The notes: generated by a model from the sequence alone, not told the origin. 60,613 bases of DNA from Pseudomonadota bacterium (GCA_052035915.1 JBPOHE010000007.1:1-60613), one strand, 5' to 3'; counted from the stretch's first letter, positions 36,500 to 46,016 are shown. Numbers and translations: made by a program.

Positions 36500-37480
36500 A
36501 TGAACGACAACATCGCCCATCCCCTTGATCATGACATCCTCTGTATCGACACCGGGGATTTTCGCCATCGTATGGTGGCGAGTTACCTGGTGGAACAGGA
36601 TGGTCATGCGGCCTTCGTCGATACCGGCACCGCCCGCGCCCTCGGGCGGCTGATGTCGGTTTTGCAGTCAAGAGGATTGAGTCCGGAACAGGTCGATTAC
36701 GTTATCCCCACCCATGTCCACCTCGACCATGCCGGGGGGTCCGGCAGCCTGATGCAGCTTTGCCCCAATGCCAAGTTGGTGATCCATCCCCGAGGGGCAC
36801 CCCACATGGTCGATCCCAGCAAGCTGATTGCCGGCTCGCTGATCGTCTATGGCGAAGAGGTGTTCGCCAGGGATTTCGATACCCTCCACCCGGTGCCCCA
36901 GGAACGTGTGATCGTGGCGGAAGATGGTTATGAGTTGGAACTCGGCGGGCGACGCCTGAGCTTCCTGGACACCCCGGGGCACGCCAATCACCACTTCTGC
37001 GTCTTCGACCATCGCAGTCGGGGCTTTTTCACCGGCGACACCTTCGGTATTTCCTACCGGGAATTCGACAGCGACCTGGGCCCCTTTCTCTTTGCCCCGA
37101 CCACGCCGGTGGCCTTTGACCCGGAGGCCTGGATAAGCAGCGTCGATCGCATGCTGTCCTATCAACCGGAATGGATGTACCTCACCCATTTCGGGGCCAT
37201 CCTTCCCACGCCGGAACAGATCGATCAACTCAAGGCCAGTATCCGCCGCATGGCGGAGATCGCCTTGGCCGAAGAGGTAGGAAATCCAACCGGACGCCAG
37301 GAACGCATTCGCCTCGGGGTAGAGGCGGAACTGGTCGCCGGCGCCATGGCCAATGGTAGCGGTCTGGATGCGGATGGCTGCCGGGAATTGCTGGCCTTCG
37401 ACGCGGATCTCAATGCCCAGGGTCTGGAGGTCTGGCTGGTACGGCGGGAAAAGGCCCGGCGGGCGGGGATGTCTACTTAG
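36500..37480 (+). CDS. MBL-fold metallo-hydrolase
   Basis: HxHxDH motif in VIPTHVHLDHAGGSG, then a later TPGHANHH. Confidence 0.8.
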   Translation: MNDNIAHPLDHDILCIDTGDFRHRMVASYLVEQDGHAAFVDTGTARALGRLMSVLQSRGLSPEQVDYVIPTHVHLDHAGGSGSLMQLCPNAKLVIHPRGAPHMVDPSKLIAGSLIVYGEEVFARDFDTLHPVPQERVIVAEDGYELELGGRRLSFLDTPGHANHHFCVFDHRSRGFFTGDTFGISYREFDSDLGPFLFAPTTPVAFDPEAWISSVDRMLSYQPEWMYLTHFGAILPTPEQIDQLKASIRRMAEIALAEEVGNPTGRQERIRLGVEAELVAGAMANGSGLDADGCRELLAFDADLNAQGLEVWLVRREKARRAGMST

Positions 37481-37504
37481 GGGCCAATCGAACAGGAATT
37501 GGCA

Positions 37505-37664
37505 TTAGGCGATTTCTGTCAAAAAATATACCAGCCTGCTGGTCTGTTCGTCCGCCCTCGGCGTTACGCCAGCCGTTACAGAGCGCGCTCCGCGCCGGCT
37601 GGCGCGCCTGGAAGACAAACGAACAGAGGGCGCATCAGATATATCTTTTCCGGCCATCGCCTAA
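37505..37664. repeat. MITE-like repeat family D, copy 2
   Basis: Same orientation and ends as 30679-30840. Confidence 0.8.
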
Positions 37665-38065
37665 CGTCCTTTCCATGGAATCTCTGGCGATAAAAGTCAA
37701 AGAAGGCGTGGTCAAGAGGCTTATAGTGGTCGATCTCCGATATGACCAAGGATCGCCATTCATTATGCAGGGTGATGGAAAGTATCGACATGATCGCCCG
37801 CAGGCCAATCATTTCACTCGCCAAATCGAGGGTCTATGTTTTGCGGTTGAGCTGGGAATCCGGGATGTTCGGACTCTTTAAGGACGAGATATGGCGCTAT
37901 CCACCCCCCCCGTTATCCCGATGCGCGACTCCCACCACATCGACTATCGACAACCCACAGCGACCCCATGCTGCGGGTTGTCGACATTCATGATCTCTCC
38001 GAAGAAGAATGGTATCAGCACGCTGTCACTCCTTGCCTCCATGTGCCCAAATACAGAACGCCTCT

Positions 38066-38518
38066 TTATTTGATGGCCGAGTACATACCGCGCCCGGACG
38101 AGGTGAGCCGTCCCTTCTTCTTTAAGTAAGCCAACAATTGACTCAGGTTGGCGACTTCGACACCGATTTCGGCGAGGTGGTCCTTTATTTCTTTGGTCGA
38201 CGCTTGGGATTGCGCGTTGACAAAGTCGACTACTTTCTGCGTCGCCTGAATTTTTCCGGCAGGCGGCGTTGTAGCGGTTGTGGACGCACTGGCCGTGACC
38301 GTTTTACGCCTTCTACCGATCAGATTCTGTAATTCCGACTCGATTTCACGGATCTGGCGGTTGTATTCGTTGGTAACCTCCTTCCGTTTGGCCCGCAACT
38401 CTTCAATGCGTTGCTTACGAGCCTCTTTCTGTTGCTCTTTCTCCAACTCGGCACGCTGCCGAGCGAGTTCATACAGCTCTTGCGACGTCATTTCTTCGAA
38501 GGCTTTGTTATTGATCAA
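38066..38518 (-). CDS. hypothetical coiled-coil protein with winged-helix-like C-terminus (150 aa)
   Basis: Lower-GC ORF. The N-terminus is a charged coiled coil (ELARQRAELEKEQQKEARKQRIEELRAKRKE). The C-terminus is STKEIKDHLAEIGVEVANLSQLLAYLKKKGRLTSSGRGMYS, which looks HTH/wHTH-like. DNA binding is an inference. Confidence 0.6.
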   Translation of the reverse strand: MINNKAFEEMTSQELYELARQRAELEKEQQKEARKQRIEELRAKRKEVTNEYNRQIREIESELQNLIGRRRKTVTASASTTATTPPAGKIQATQKVVDFVNAQSQASTKEIKDHLAEIGVEVANLSQLLAYLKKKGRLTSSGRGMYSAIK

Positions 38519-38554
38519 GGCCGATCTCCTCTATGAATGATGGATCTACAATAT

Positions 38555-38570
38555 TTATTGTATACAATAA
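38555..38570. promoter_or_regulatory. perfect 16-bp palindrome TTATTGTATACAATAA upstream of 38066-38518
   Basis: Seen directly, 37 nt upstream of the ATG at 38518. It may be an autoregulatory operator (inference). Confidence 0.35.
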
Positions 38571-39337
38571 TATCGGCGAATGAAAATAGAGATTCGGTCC
38601 TTTATGGGCATTGATTTCTAGCTTGAGGTAAAAAATCCGCAGATCGGGCCATGACCGGTCTTACTTTTCATGATGGCTGTCTGTCGCCTGGATCAAACCG
38701 GTATCAAGGCGGAACCTATCGGCGGTGTTGCTCGCATGAGGGCCGCCAGGATCCCGCACTCTAGGATCCAAGCCTAAAGAGTCGGGGTGCCAAATGATCC
38801 TGGAGATACCAGAGTCTTGACAGAGAGGACAAACCGCCATACTCCAACTTCATTTTTCGCTCGCAACCAAAAGCCATCCATAGTGAACACCCGGGTCATT
38901 ATCTGCACCGACCCTGGGTTATCTGTGTCTATGACAGCGTTTCTCAGCCGGAACCGACACCTTGGAGGGCACGACACAATAGGTTCAGGCCTCCCCCGCC
39001 TGTCGAGGCGGCGCGGCCATGACTCGATATGGAGCAAATGATGGTGAAGAATGGAATCTCAATCGGCGCTGTTTCTGGGGTTATCGCATGACAGGCGGCC
39101 TGTCTCGAAGTCCTTCTGGTGAGATATCCCCGAGACCTCGTCCAGCGGATCCGGCCGGAGACAGACAGAAAACCTTCCGGACCGCCTCGAGCTGGATCAT
39201 GGCAACCACCCTCTCGCTTCTGTTACAGTGTTTATCGGAAGCGAGATACGCCAGCCAAGGGCACCTCACCGCTGTTACGGGCTTCCAGCCTCAGTCTTTC
39301 CGCACAGATATCCCTTCGCCGAGTGGAGACGTTTAGC

Positions 39338-39790
39338 ATGTTTGGTTTCAAGGCCGCCGAATCCTATCAAAGCGAGCATTGCCTGTTGAAGAATGTGGGT
39401 GTCGCCTCATTCAACAAACAGCACCTCCGTCTCGCCAGTTATGCCGTGGAGTTCAACCAGATCGCCGAACAGCTCAAAGGCCGATCGCCGCGGCCCGAGG
39501 AATGGAAACAGATCGACGCCCTGTTCAGTCGCATCTCCATCTTCGTGGCGACGCACTTTCGCGAAGAAGAAGACATGATGGAAACCCATGCCTACCCAGG
39601 GTTTCCCGAACATAAACGCCAGCATGACCGATTCGTCGAAGAATTGGCGCGGATACAATCCCAAATCAACAACAGGAACGCGGATTTCAGGGGCCGCCTG
39701 GGCTCCCTGTTATGGGATTGGCTATACAAACATATCAACGAGACGGACTATCAGTATCGGGAATTCTTTCGCGAGAAAGGCGTTTCCTGA
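39338..39790 (+). CDS. bacteriohemerythrin-like protein
   Basis: Start trimmed to MFGFKAAESYQ. It has HFREEEDMME, FPEHKRQHDRFVEEL and WLYKHINETDYQY, the hemerythrin H/E/D iron-ligand motifs. Confidence 0.8.
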   Translation: MFGFKAAESYQSEHCLLKNVGVASFNKQHLRLASYAVEFNQIAEQLKGRSPRPEEWKQIDALFSRISIFVATHFREEEDMMETHAYPGFPEHKRQHDRFVEELARIQSQINNRNADFRGRLGSLLWDWLYKHINETDYQYREFFREKGVS

Positions 39791-39796
39791 TCCCGG

Positions 39797-40144
39797 GTGG
39801 ATGGAGTTCGACGGACGATGAAGATCGGCAACCGGCTCGGCATCGGCGTTATGGTCTGTCTTTTGGCGACCGCCCAGATGGAAGCAGGAGCCCCGGCAAG
39901 CGCGGCCTCCACCCAGGAGGTATTGAGCCCCTCCCCTGGCGAGATCTCGCTTCAGTCAGGCTCCCTGCCCTCATCGCCACCCACGACCGGTCTGCCGAGT
40001 GAACGGGGACCAGGTGTCAATCCTCCCAAGACCCTGACCAGCTTTTTTCTCATCGGCATCGTGCTCAACCTGTTGCTGGTGATCCTGGTGGGATCCTGGG
40101 CCTACAAACGTCTTCGCAAACCTCGAAGGCCGAACAATCCGTGA
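39797..40144 (+). CDS. small exported/anchored Pro/Ser-rich protein
   Basis: It has a signal-like segment (MKIGNRLGIGVMVCLLATAQMEA, alternative start 39818) and a C-terminal TM helix (FFLIGIVLNLLLVILVGSWAY). It has a 4-nt overlap with the SCO gene. Confidence 0.5.
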   Translation: MDGVRRTMKIGNRLGIGVMVCLLATAQMEAGAPASAASTQEVLSPSPGEISLQSGSLPSSPPTTGLPSERGPGVNPPKTLTSFFLIGIVLNLLLVILVGSWAYKRLRKPRRPNNP

Positions 40145-40776
40145 AACCAACGACGCTTCCGATCGGTACCCTGGCCGGGTTTCTACTCTGGGTTGGATTG
40201 CTGGGAGCCGCCCTGTTCTGGTGGAGTTCGGTAAGCCGACCCATCTCTCCTGAATTGAAACAGGTGCTGCGTAGCCAACCCCGGCTCTTGCAAGGCTTCT
40301 CCCTGGTTGATCAATACCAAAGACCCTTTACCGATGCCAATCTGCGGGGGAAATGGACCTTCCTGTTTTTCGGCTACACCTATTGTCCGGATATCTGCCC
40401 CACCACCCTCGGGACGCTCAAACAGAGCCTCGATCTGTTGCGTAAGACGCCCCAGGACGCGGACGATCTCCAGGTAGCCTTCGTATCCGTGGATCCGGAG
40501 CGCGACCGCACCGATGTATTGCGGAACTACATGGCCTATTTCGATAAAACCTTTATCGGTCTCACCGGACAACGCCAACAGATAGACAATCTGGTGGCCC
40601 AGACGGGGGCGGGATATATCAAGGAAGCGGAACAGACGCCAGGGAATTATTTGATCAGTCACAGCTCTTCGCTGTTTCTCATCAACCCGACCGGACAGCT
40701 GGTGGCGGTTTTCCCGCCACCACTCTATCCGGACTCGATCGCTTCACTCTACCGGGAGCTACGGGCCCATTATTGA
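40141..40776 (+). CDS. SCO1/SenC-family copper chaperone
   Basis: Thioredoxin-like fold with FGYTYCPDICPTTL (CxxxCP) and a downstream H in ISHSSSLFLI. Confidence 0.85.
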   Translation: MKPTTLPIGTLAGFLLWVGLLGAALFWWSSVSRPISPELKQVLRSQPRLLQGFSLVDQYQRPFTDANLRGKWTFLFFGYTYCPDICPTTLGTLKQSLDLLRKTPQDADDLQVAFVSVDPERDRTDVLRNYMAYFDKTFIGLTGQRQQIDNLVAQTGAGYIKEAEQTPGNYLISHSSSLFLINPTGQLVAVFPPPLYPDSIASLYRELRAHY

Positions 40777-40797
40777 TTCGCGCCCGGACTGATACTC

Positions 40798-41262
40798 TCA
40801 GTGGTGCCTGTGCTCGTGAGAATCTTCAGCACCTTTGCGGACTTCCACCATGAGGGGGATCGGGCGGCCCTCCTTGAACTCCAACTCCAGCGGGACAGTA
40901 TCACCCGCGACCAGGGCCTTTTGGGGCCGCATCAACATAAAATGATTACCACCCGGCTCGAACACCACCGTTTCGCCTGGGGGGATACGGATCTCATCCA
41001 GATGGAACATCTGTGCCATGTCATTCTGGATCCTTGTCCCATGCAACATGACATGACCAAAGAGCGGGCTGCTGGCACCGGTCAATATCCGCATGCCCTG
41101 ACCGGTATTCTGTATCTTCATATAAGCGGCCAGGGCCTCTGCTGTTGGGGGAGCTTCGCGTATCCATGGGTCCTGGATCCGAAGCGCGGCCTCTTCGGCC
41201 AGGAGCGGCGTCAGACTGGCCGCCATGACGATTCCAGCCAGAGCCCGAACCAAGGTGTTCAT
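40798..41262 (-). CDS. periplasmic copper chaperone PCu(A)C (DUF461)
   Basis: Signal peptide present. Met/His copper motifs in GHVMLHG...MAQMFH...GGNHFMLM, with a His-rich tail. Confidence 0.8.
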   Translation of the reverse strand: MNTLVRALAGIVMAASLTPLLAEEAALRIQDPWIREAPPTAEALAAYMKIQNTGQGMRILTGASSPLFGHVMLHGTRIQNDMAQMFHLDEIRIPPGETVVFEPGGNHFMLMRPQKALVAGDTVPLELEFKEGRPIPLMVEVRKGAEDSHEHRHH

Positions 41263-41408
41263 CTATTCATCTCCTGTTTTCATTGCCGCGGCAAAGCGGT
41301 TTCGCTATCACACAAACACAGCCAGAGGTTCGCCCAAACCTTCAACAAGGGTTTTTCTTTCTGGCCACCAGAAGCCTCTTGGATGGCGGCTACGACGAGA
41401 GAAGGGTT

Positions 41409-41825
41409 ATGGACAAGATAAGTCTGCTTCCACCACTCCAGGCGACGCTGAATATCCTGGCCACCGCACTCATGATCGCCGCCTATTATGCCATTCGCCG
41501 CAACCACCCATCCGCTCATCGGCTAGGCATGATCGGCGCCTTGATTACCTCGATCCTCTTCCTCGGCTCCTATCTCATCTATCATCATGAAGTCGGCTAT
41601 GTGCCCTTCACCGGTCAAGGGATCATGCGTCCTCTCTATTTCACTATTCTGTTCACCCATATCGCCACCGCCGCGGCCATCGTCCCCTTGGTGCTCATCA
41701 CCCTGTTTCACGCCCTGCGGGGACATACCCAGCAACATCGACGGATCGCCGCCTGGACCTTGCCGCTGTGGTTGTATACCTCCATCACCGGCGTCATGGT
41801 CTATATCCTGGTGTTTCGGCTTTAG
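41409..41825 (+). CDS. DUF420 membrane protein
   Basis: Start trimmed to MDKISLLPPLQATLNILATALMIAAYYAIRR. Four TM helices and HRRIAAWTLPLWLYTSITGVMVY match the DUF420 pattern, often found near haem-copper oxidase genes. Confidence 0.7.
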   Translation: MDKISLLPPLQATLNILATALMIAAYYAIRRNHPSAHRLGMIGALITSILFLGSYLIYHHEVGYVPFTGQGIMRPLYFTILFTHIATAAAIVPLVLITLFHALRGHTQQHRRIAAWTLPLWLYTSITGVMVYILVFRL

Positions 41826-42062
41826 CCCGCATTTCTCACCGGGCGCCGTAGCGAGGACGCGAGGGGCCACTGTGGTGGGGCTCACAGAGGAATCGGCGGC
41901 GAAGGCGTAGCTGAGACTACGTCGAGCCGAGGATTCCGCGTACGTCCCGCCACAGCAAGCCAATCGGCGTCCGCAGTAGACGACTGGTGAGAAATGCGGG
42001 CCAGATCCCGAGCCGGCCAGATCTCATACCCCTTGCTGTTGGTTTTTTCCTCATGAGCCATA

Positions 42063-42179
42063 CGGGCCAGGCACTGAGGCGCGGATTTTCTGTTCTCTTA
42101 GTGAGAACAATTATAAAGAATAAGGCGATATTGTTCTTCAAATAAGAACTAAAATTACCCATTTTCCGTCGATGCCCGG
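42063..42179. repeat. MITE-like repeat family B copy
   Basis: The core is TGTTCTCTTAGTGAGAACA ... TTGTTCTTCAAATAAGAAC and the right end is GATGCCCGG. It lies between convergent operons. Confidence 0.65.
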
Positions 42180-42295
42180 AACAACCGAGCCTGAATATGG
42201 CTTCCTGTCGAATCTTTCCCTCAGCGGTGAACGATGGGCTGGCGCGCGCCTCCGCCTGATCCACTCGAAGACCCAGCAGGCATTCGGAAAGGGGG

Positions 42296-42481
42296 TCAGT
42301 TCCGCAGCAGAAAGTGCAAGGCCTGGAAACTGGTCAGGGCCAAGACGAGGATGATCAGGAAAAACACCAGGCTGCGGTTTGGCAGCAAGGCGCCGCGTCG
42401 ACGCTCGATCAGATTGAGGATCCAGTCCGACAGGGCGTAGAGCAGCACCGCCACGACTGTGTAGGCGAGCATCTCCAGCAT
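42296..42481 (-). CDS. small two-helix membrane protein (61 aa)
   Basis: Start trimmed to MLEMLAYTVVAVLLYALSDW. It is the last gene of the minus-strand respiratory operon. No family recognised. Confidence 0.45.
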   Translation of the reverse strand: MLEMLAYTVVAVLLYALSDWILNLIERRRGALLPNRSLVFFLIILVLALTSFQALHFLLRN

Positions 42482-42503
42482 GGGGTCGATCTCTGTGGGT
42501 TGG

Positions 42504-43886
42504 TCAGTTTCCGGATTTTCCAGGCCACATCGCCTTGAAGCAGATGATGAGAAACAGCAGACCGCCGATGATGGCAATGAGGCCGCCAAGCCCCATCAAT
42601 CCCATGCCGAGGGTCTCCTGCAAGGTATGCAGCACCTGGGCGCTACCGGCGGTTTTGCGCTGTACCCCATAGCCGCCCGACCAGGCCAGACCGAGCACAT
42701 GGAGCAACTGCCCACTGCCGTAAATGATAGGCTGCCAGCGCACCATCCAGCCCTCCGGGCGGCGAAACCCAAGCCGCGGGAGCAGATGATAGGTCACCCC
42801 CATATAGGCCAGGGTGACGCTGACGATGGACCCATGGTAGTGGGCAGGCACCGTGACATTGGCGCCACTGATCAAGAAACCGATGATCCCGCCGGCGCCG
42901 AAGAGGATGATGGAAAACCAGAGCGCGTTGCGTTCCGGTGCCTGTTCCACTGGCGAACGCCCCGCCCGCGCCAGGGCCCAAAGAATGGCCAGTCCTATCG
43001 GCAGACTGGAGAGACCACCGCCGTACTGCATGAGCCAGGTGAGCCCAAGCATGTGGTAGGCCGAACCGATCTCGTACCTCAGGTACAGGGGCAGGATCAG
43101 GAGCACGGGCGCCGCGCCCAGGCCCAGTATCAGGATGGCGACCCGCGGGCTCAGCGGTGGTCGGGCCTGGGAGACCCAGGCCAGCCACAACCAGGCGACC
43201 AACATCAACTGGGTATGGGTGAACTGAATGGCATGGCCGCCACCCCAGAAAAGGACCTCGTAATATTGGGCACCGATCAAGGAGGACGGAGTCCCCTTAT
43301 AGGAGCCCGCCAAGGCCAGCAGGGCGATCAAAGCGGCGACTTGTCCGGTGATCAGGCCAAACCCCAGCGTCTTCTCTCCCGGACCAGCCATTGCCATGGA
43401 AGAGCGGCTGAACAGGGAATGCAGCACCAGGATCAGGAAACCAAGACCGAACAACCCGAGTCCGACGAAAAAGACCGGTGCCTGCAACACCGGCACATAG
43501 TTGTTCATCAAGGGACCACCGGCCCCGACGAATGGCGAGATCGAAATCACCCCGGCCCCGGCCACGGCCAGATAGAGGGCCCCACGACCGCAGGCCCGGC
43601 AGCGGTCGTTCAGGTTCAGACTCCACAACACCCCCGCAAAGGCCAGGAACCACACCAGTACGGTCAGATCCACATGCACCACCAAGGCGGTATGGAAAAA
43701 ATCCACCCAGGGGATGAGATCCTGAATCTTGGGTGTCCGTGACAAGACGATGAGAATAGTGAACACACCGCCGACCACCAGGGAGCCCAGGGCCAGCCAC
43801 AGCCAACCTATGGCCAGGGAACGAGGCTCCCCGGTGGGAACGCGGAGCACGAAGGCCCCATCAATGGCATCTGTTTGTTGGTTCAT
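42504..43886 (-). CDS. divergent haem-copper-oxidase subunit-I-like membrane protein (460 aa), no cognate subunit II
   Basis: About 12 TM helices. Candidate ligand histidines lie in FHTALVVHVDLTVLVWF, GGGHAIQFTHTQL and VPAHYHGSIV (an H-x-H as in HCO helix X). ATGA overlap with the upstream gene. Confidence 0.65.
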   Translation of the reverse strand: MNQQTDAIDGAFVLRVPTGEPRSLAIGWLWLALGSLVVGGVFTILIVLSRTPKIQDLIPWVDFFHTALVVHVDLTVLVWFLAFAGVLWSLNLNDRCRACGRGALYLAVAGAGVISISPFVGAGGPLMNNYVPVLQAPVFFVGLGLFGLGFLILVLHSLFSRSSMAMAGPGEKTLGFGLITGQVAALIALLALAGSYKGTPSSLIGAQYYEVLFWGGGHAIQFTHTQLMLVAWLWLAWVSQARPPLSPRVAILILGLGAAPVLLILPLYLRYEIGSAYHMLGLTWLMQYGGGLSSLPIGLAILWALARAGRSPVEQAPERNALWFSIILFGAGGIIGFLISGANVTVPAHYHGSIVSVTLAYMGVTYHLLPRLGFRRPEGWMVRWQPIIYGSGQLLHVLGLAWSGGYGVQRKTAGSAQVLHTLQETLGMGLMGLGGLIAIIGGLLFLIICFKAMWPGKSGN

Positions 43887-44383
43887 CGGAACAAGAATCC
43901 GTTTTCTGGGTTGAAGTCAATGACCAGGAGTTTTCCCACGAGCAGATCGGCCTGGTGTTCGGCGCTGTGGGTGAAGCCCTCGACCCGGCTGTTGTCGTTC
44001 ATCCGCACTTGAAAGGAATGCCGGCCCGCCGCTACCCGCAGGCTGCGAAAGATATCCACCGAGCCATCCTCGAACAATCCGGGTGACTTGGCAACCACCC
44101 GCAACAGGGGTTTCCCATCCATGAATAGCTCGACCTGAATGGGGGAGCGGGCGCGAGGACAATCGGTCGGTTTGCGCATGTTCGGCGGTAGTTTCGCCAA
44201 CTCCTCCGCCGTCAGGGTGCGACAGGGTTCCCGGGGCTGACCCGCATGGCCGAAGGCAAGGGTCACCTGCGCCTGGTCTCCTTCGAGATGGCGATAGGGC
44301 GGTGCGACGGAGAAATACCCCACCACGGCCATAAAGATGAAGTAATTCAGCGCCTGCAAGGGATAACGCCACCAACTAGACAT
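43883..44383 (-). CDS. hypothetical membrane-anchored protein (166 aa)
   Basis: Start trimmed to MSSWWRYPLQALNYFIFMAVVGYF (one TM helix). The rest is predicted beta-rich. It overlaps both neighbours (8 nt and 4 nt). Confidence 0.55.
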   Translation of the reverse strand: MSSWWRYPLQALNYFIFMAVVGYFSVAPPYRHLEGDQAQVTLAFGHAGQPREPCRTLTAEELAKLPPNMRKPTDCPRARSPIQVELFMDGKPLLRVVAKSPGLFEDGSVDIFRSLRVAAGRHSFQVRMNDNSRVEGFTHSAEHQADLLVGKLLVIDFNPENGFLFR

Positions 44384-45995
44384 GAGACTCTCCCTGGCGC
44401 TCCGGCGATGGCTCCTGGGCCTTGAGTTCGCGCAATGAGTCGCGGAAGGCATCGAGTTCGCGTTTGAGCCAAGCCCCATCGGACTCGGACGCCCCCTCCA
44501 TCCGCCAACGCCGCGGATCGACACGGTTGCGGAGCACAGGTTTGCGCATACCGGCGAGGCGCTTGCCCAACCATCTGTTGCCGAACCGGAAATAGCAATC
44601 CGCCGCGCGGCAACCGGAGACCAGAACGCCATCGGCCCCTTTCTTCAGCCCGTATTCGATCAGGGATGGGGGGACCATGCCGCTGCAAAAGAGGCTGAGG
44701 CCAACCGTGTCCGGGCCGTTGAAGCGGGTAACATCGAAGCCGTGTTCGCAGCCCAGGATCAGGATCCGAATCTCGCCCTGCAATCCGGCCAGGGCGGCGT
44801 CGGTTTGCCGGCGGATGTCGTGCAGCGGGAACTGAGGCATGTCAATGCCGGTTTTCAAGACCTGATCGGCGCGGCGTAGCGGATTGGATGACGGACAGGA
44901 CCCCATGCAGATACCGCAGGCGGCACATAACTGAGGGGATACCACCACCTCGTACTCCCAATGGGAGTTGTCGGTACGTTTTTGCAGCGTGATGGCGTCG
45001 AAGGGGCAGTCATCGAAGCACTGACCGCAGCCATTGCAGTGGTTGAGATCGACCACCGCCGCCGGCCCGGTGCGCTTGCGCGGCAGCCAGGGCATGAGCA
45101 TGAGCAACAGGGTGACGCTCGTGGTCAGGAGCCAGGTCTCCCCGGCCGTCCAATAATCCAGCAAGGGATAGACATTGAGATAGAACCAGTCCAGATGCAG
45201 GGTGGCGGGAACCCGGCTGAGGTCCGCCGGTTCGTGACTCACCGCCGGCATGACCAATGACAAGGCCAGCAAGCCGATGAAGCTGCCGATCGCCAGCCCC
45301 CGGGGCGGGTTGATGCTGACATGGGAGAGCCGCCGTACATGAAACCAGAGCATGAACACCAGGAACATGGGTTGTCCCAGGAGATGGAGAAAACCCATGA
45401 GGATGAAAAAGCGATCGTTCAGGTGGCCTTCGAGAAAATTGCGTGTCATGGCCTCGGGAAAGATGGGCACCGCGTCCATGAGCCGGGAGGAACCGATGGC
45501 GACATACTGGGCCAGCAGATCCCACACCAGCCAGTAGCCGGTGATCCCCAGCAGGATGATCATCCACAGGGTCGGGATGCCGGTAAACCAGGAGTACCAG
45601 CGGAAACCGCGATAACGGTCGAGGGCGAACTCGCGGAACAGATGCAGCAGGATGGTGACCACGGCGGCGTCCGAGGCATAGCGATGCAGGCTGCGCATCA
45701 CCCCCCCGGCGTACCACTGTCCATGGGTGATCTGCTGCACCGAGGCGTAGGCGCCATGGATGCTGCTATTGAAAAAGACGAAAAGATAGAGGCCACTGAT
45801 CAGCACCACCCACAAAAAGAAAAAGGTCAGGGTTCCCAGGTGATAGAGGGGGTTCCAGGCGGGGGTGAAGGAAAGATTGAACCAGTCTTCGAGGGCCAGA
45901 TAGCCCCGCTTGATGAGATTGAAGGGTTTCAAGGCGGTATCCTCGCGGGGTACGGCTGGGGGGATCGCGGTCGTCTTGTTATCGCACAACCTCAT
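44376..45995 (-). CDS. fusion protein: cytochrome b (bc-type N-terminal) + 2x[4Fe-4S] ferredoxin + MvhD/FlpD-like hydrogenase iron-sulfur domain
   Basis: The N-terminus is WNPLYHLGTLTFFFLW...MRSLHRYASDAAVVTILLHLFREF (bis-His haem-b helices). The middle is NHCNGCGQCFDDCPF and CAACGICMGSCPS. The C-terminus is ILILGCEHG...LFCSGMV...GADGVLVSGCRAADCYFRFGN (MvhD family pattern). Confidence 0.75.
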   Translation of the reverse strand: MRLCDNKTTAIPPAVPREDTALKPFNLIKRGYLALEDWFNLSFTPAWNPLYHLGTLTFFFLWVVLISGLYLFVFFNSSIHGAYASVQQITHGQWYAGGVMRSLHRYASDAAVVTILLHLFREFALDRYRGFRWYSWFTGIPTLWMIILLGITGYWLVWDLLAQYVAIGSSRLMDAVPIFPEAMTRNFLEGHLNDRFFILMGFLHLLGQPMFLVFMLWFHVRRLSHVSINPPRGLAIGSFIGLLALSLVMPAVSHEPADLSRVPATLHLDWFYLNVYPLLDYWTAGETWLLTTSVTLLLMLMPWLPRKRTGPAAVVDLNHCNGCGQCFDDCPFDAITLQKRTDNSHWEYEVVVSPQLCAACGICMGSCPSSNPLRRADQVLKTGIDMPQFPLHDIRRQTDAALAGLQGEIRILILGCEHGFDVTRFNGPDTVGLSLFCSGMVPPSLIEYGLKKGADGVLVSGCRAADCYFRFGNRWLGKRLAGMRKPVLRNRVDPRRWRMEGASESDGAWLKRELDAFRDSLRELKAQEPSPERQGESHV

Positions 45996-46016
45996 CCCGA
46001 GGCGACTTGATGGGTA

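Noticed and set aside
37576-37824. 82-aa ORF and neighbouring short frames in 37.67-38.06 kb.
   Set aside because: Its 3' third runs into MITE family D copy 2. Upstream frames are broken by stops in all phases. No motif recognised. May be gene debris.
38774-39037. 87-aa minus-strand ORF with ...MDGFWLRAKNEVGVWRFV..., vaguely like the IS66 TnpB (Orf2) motif DG.GL.L..KRLE.G.F.WP.
   Set aside because: The similarity is limited to a few residues. No flanking IS66 genes, inverted repeats or longer frame were found. Possibly a very decayed remnant, but it is not supportable.
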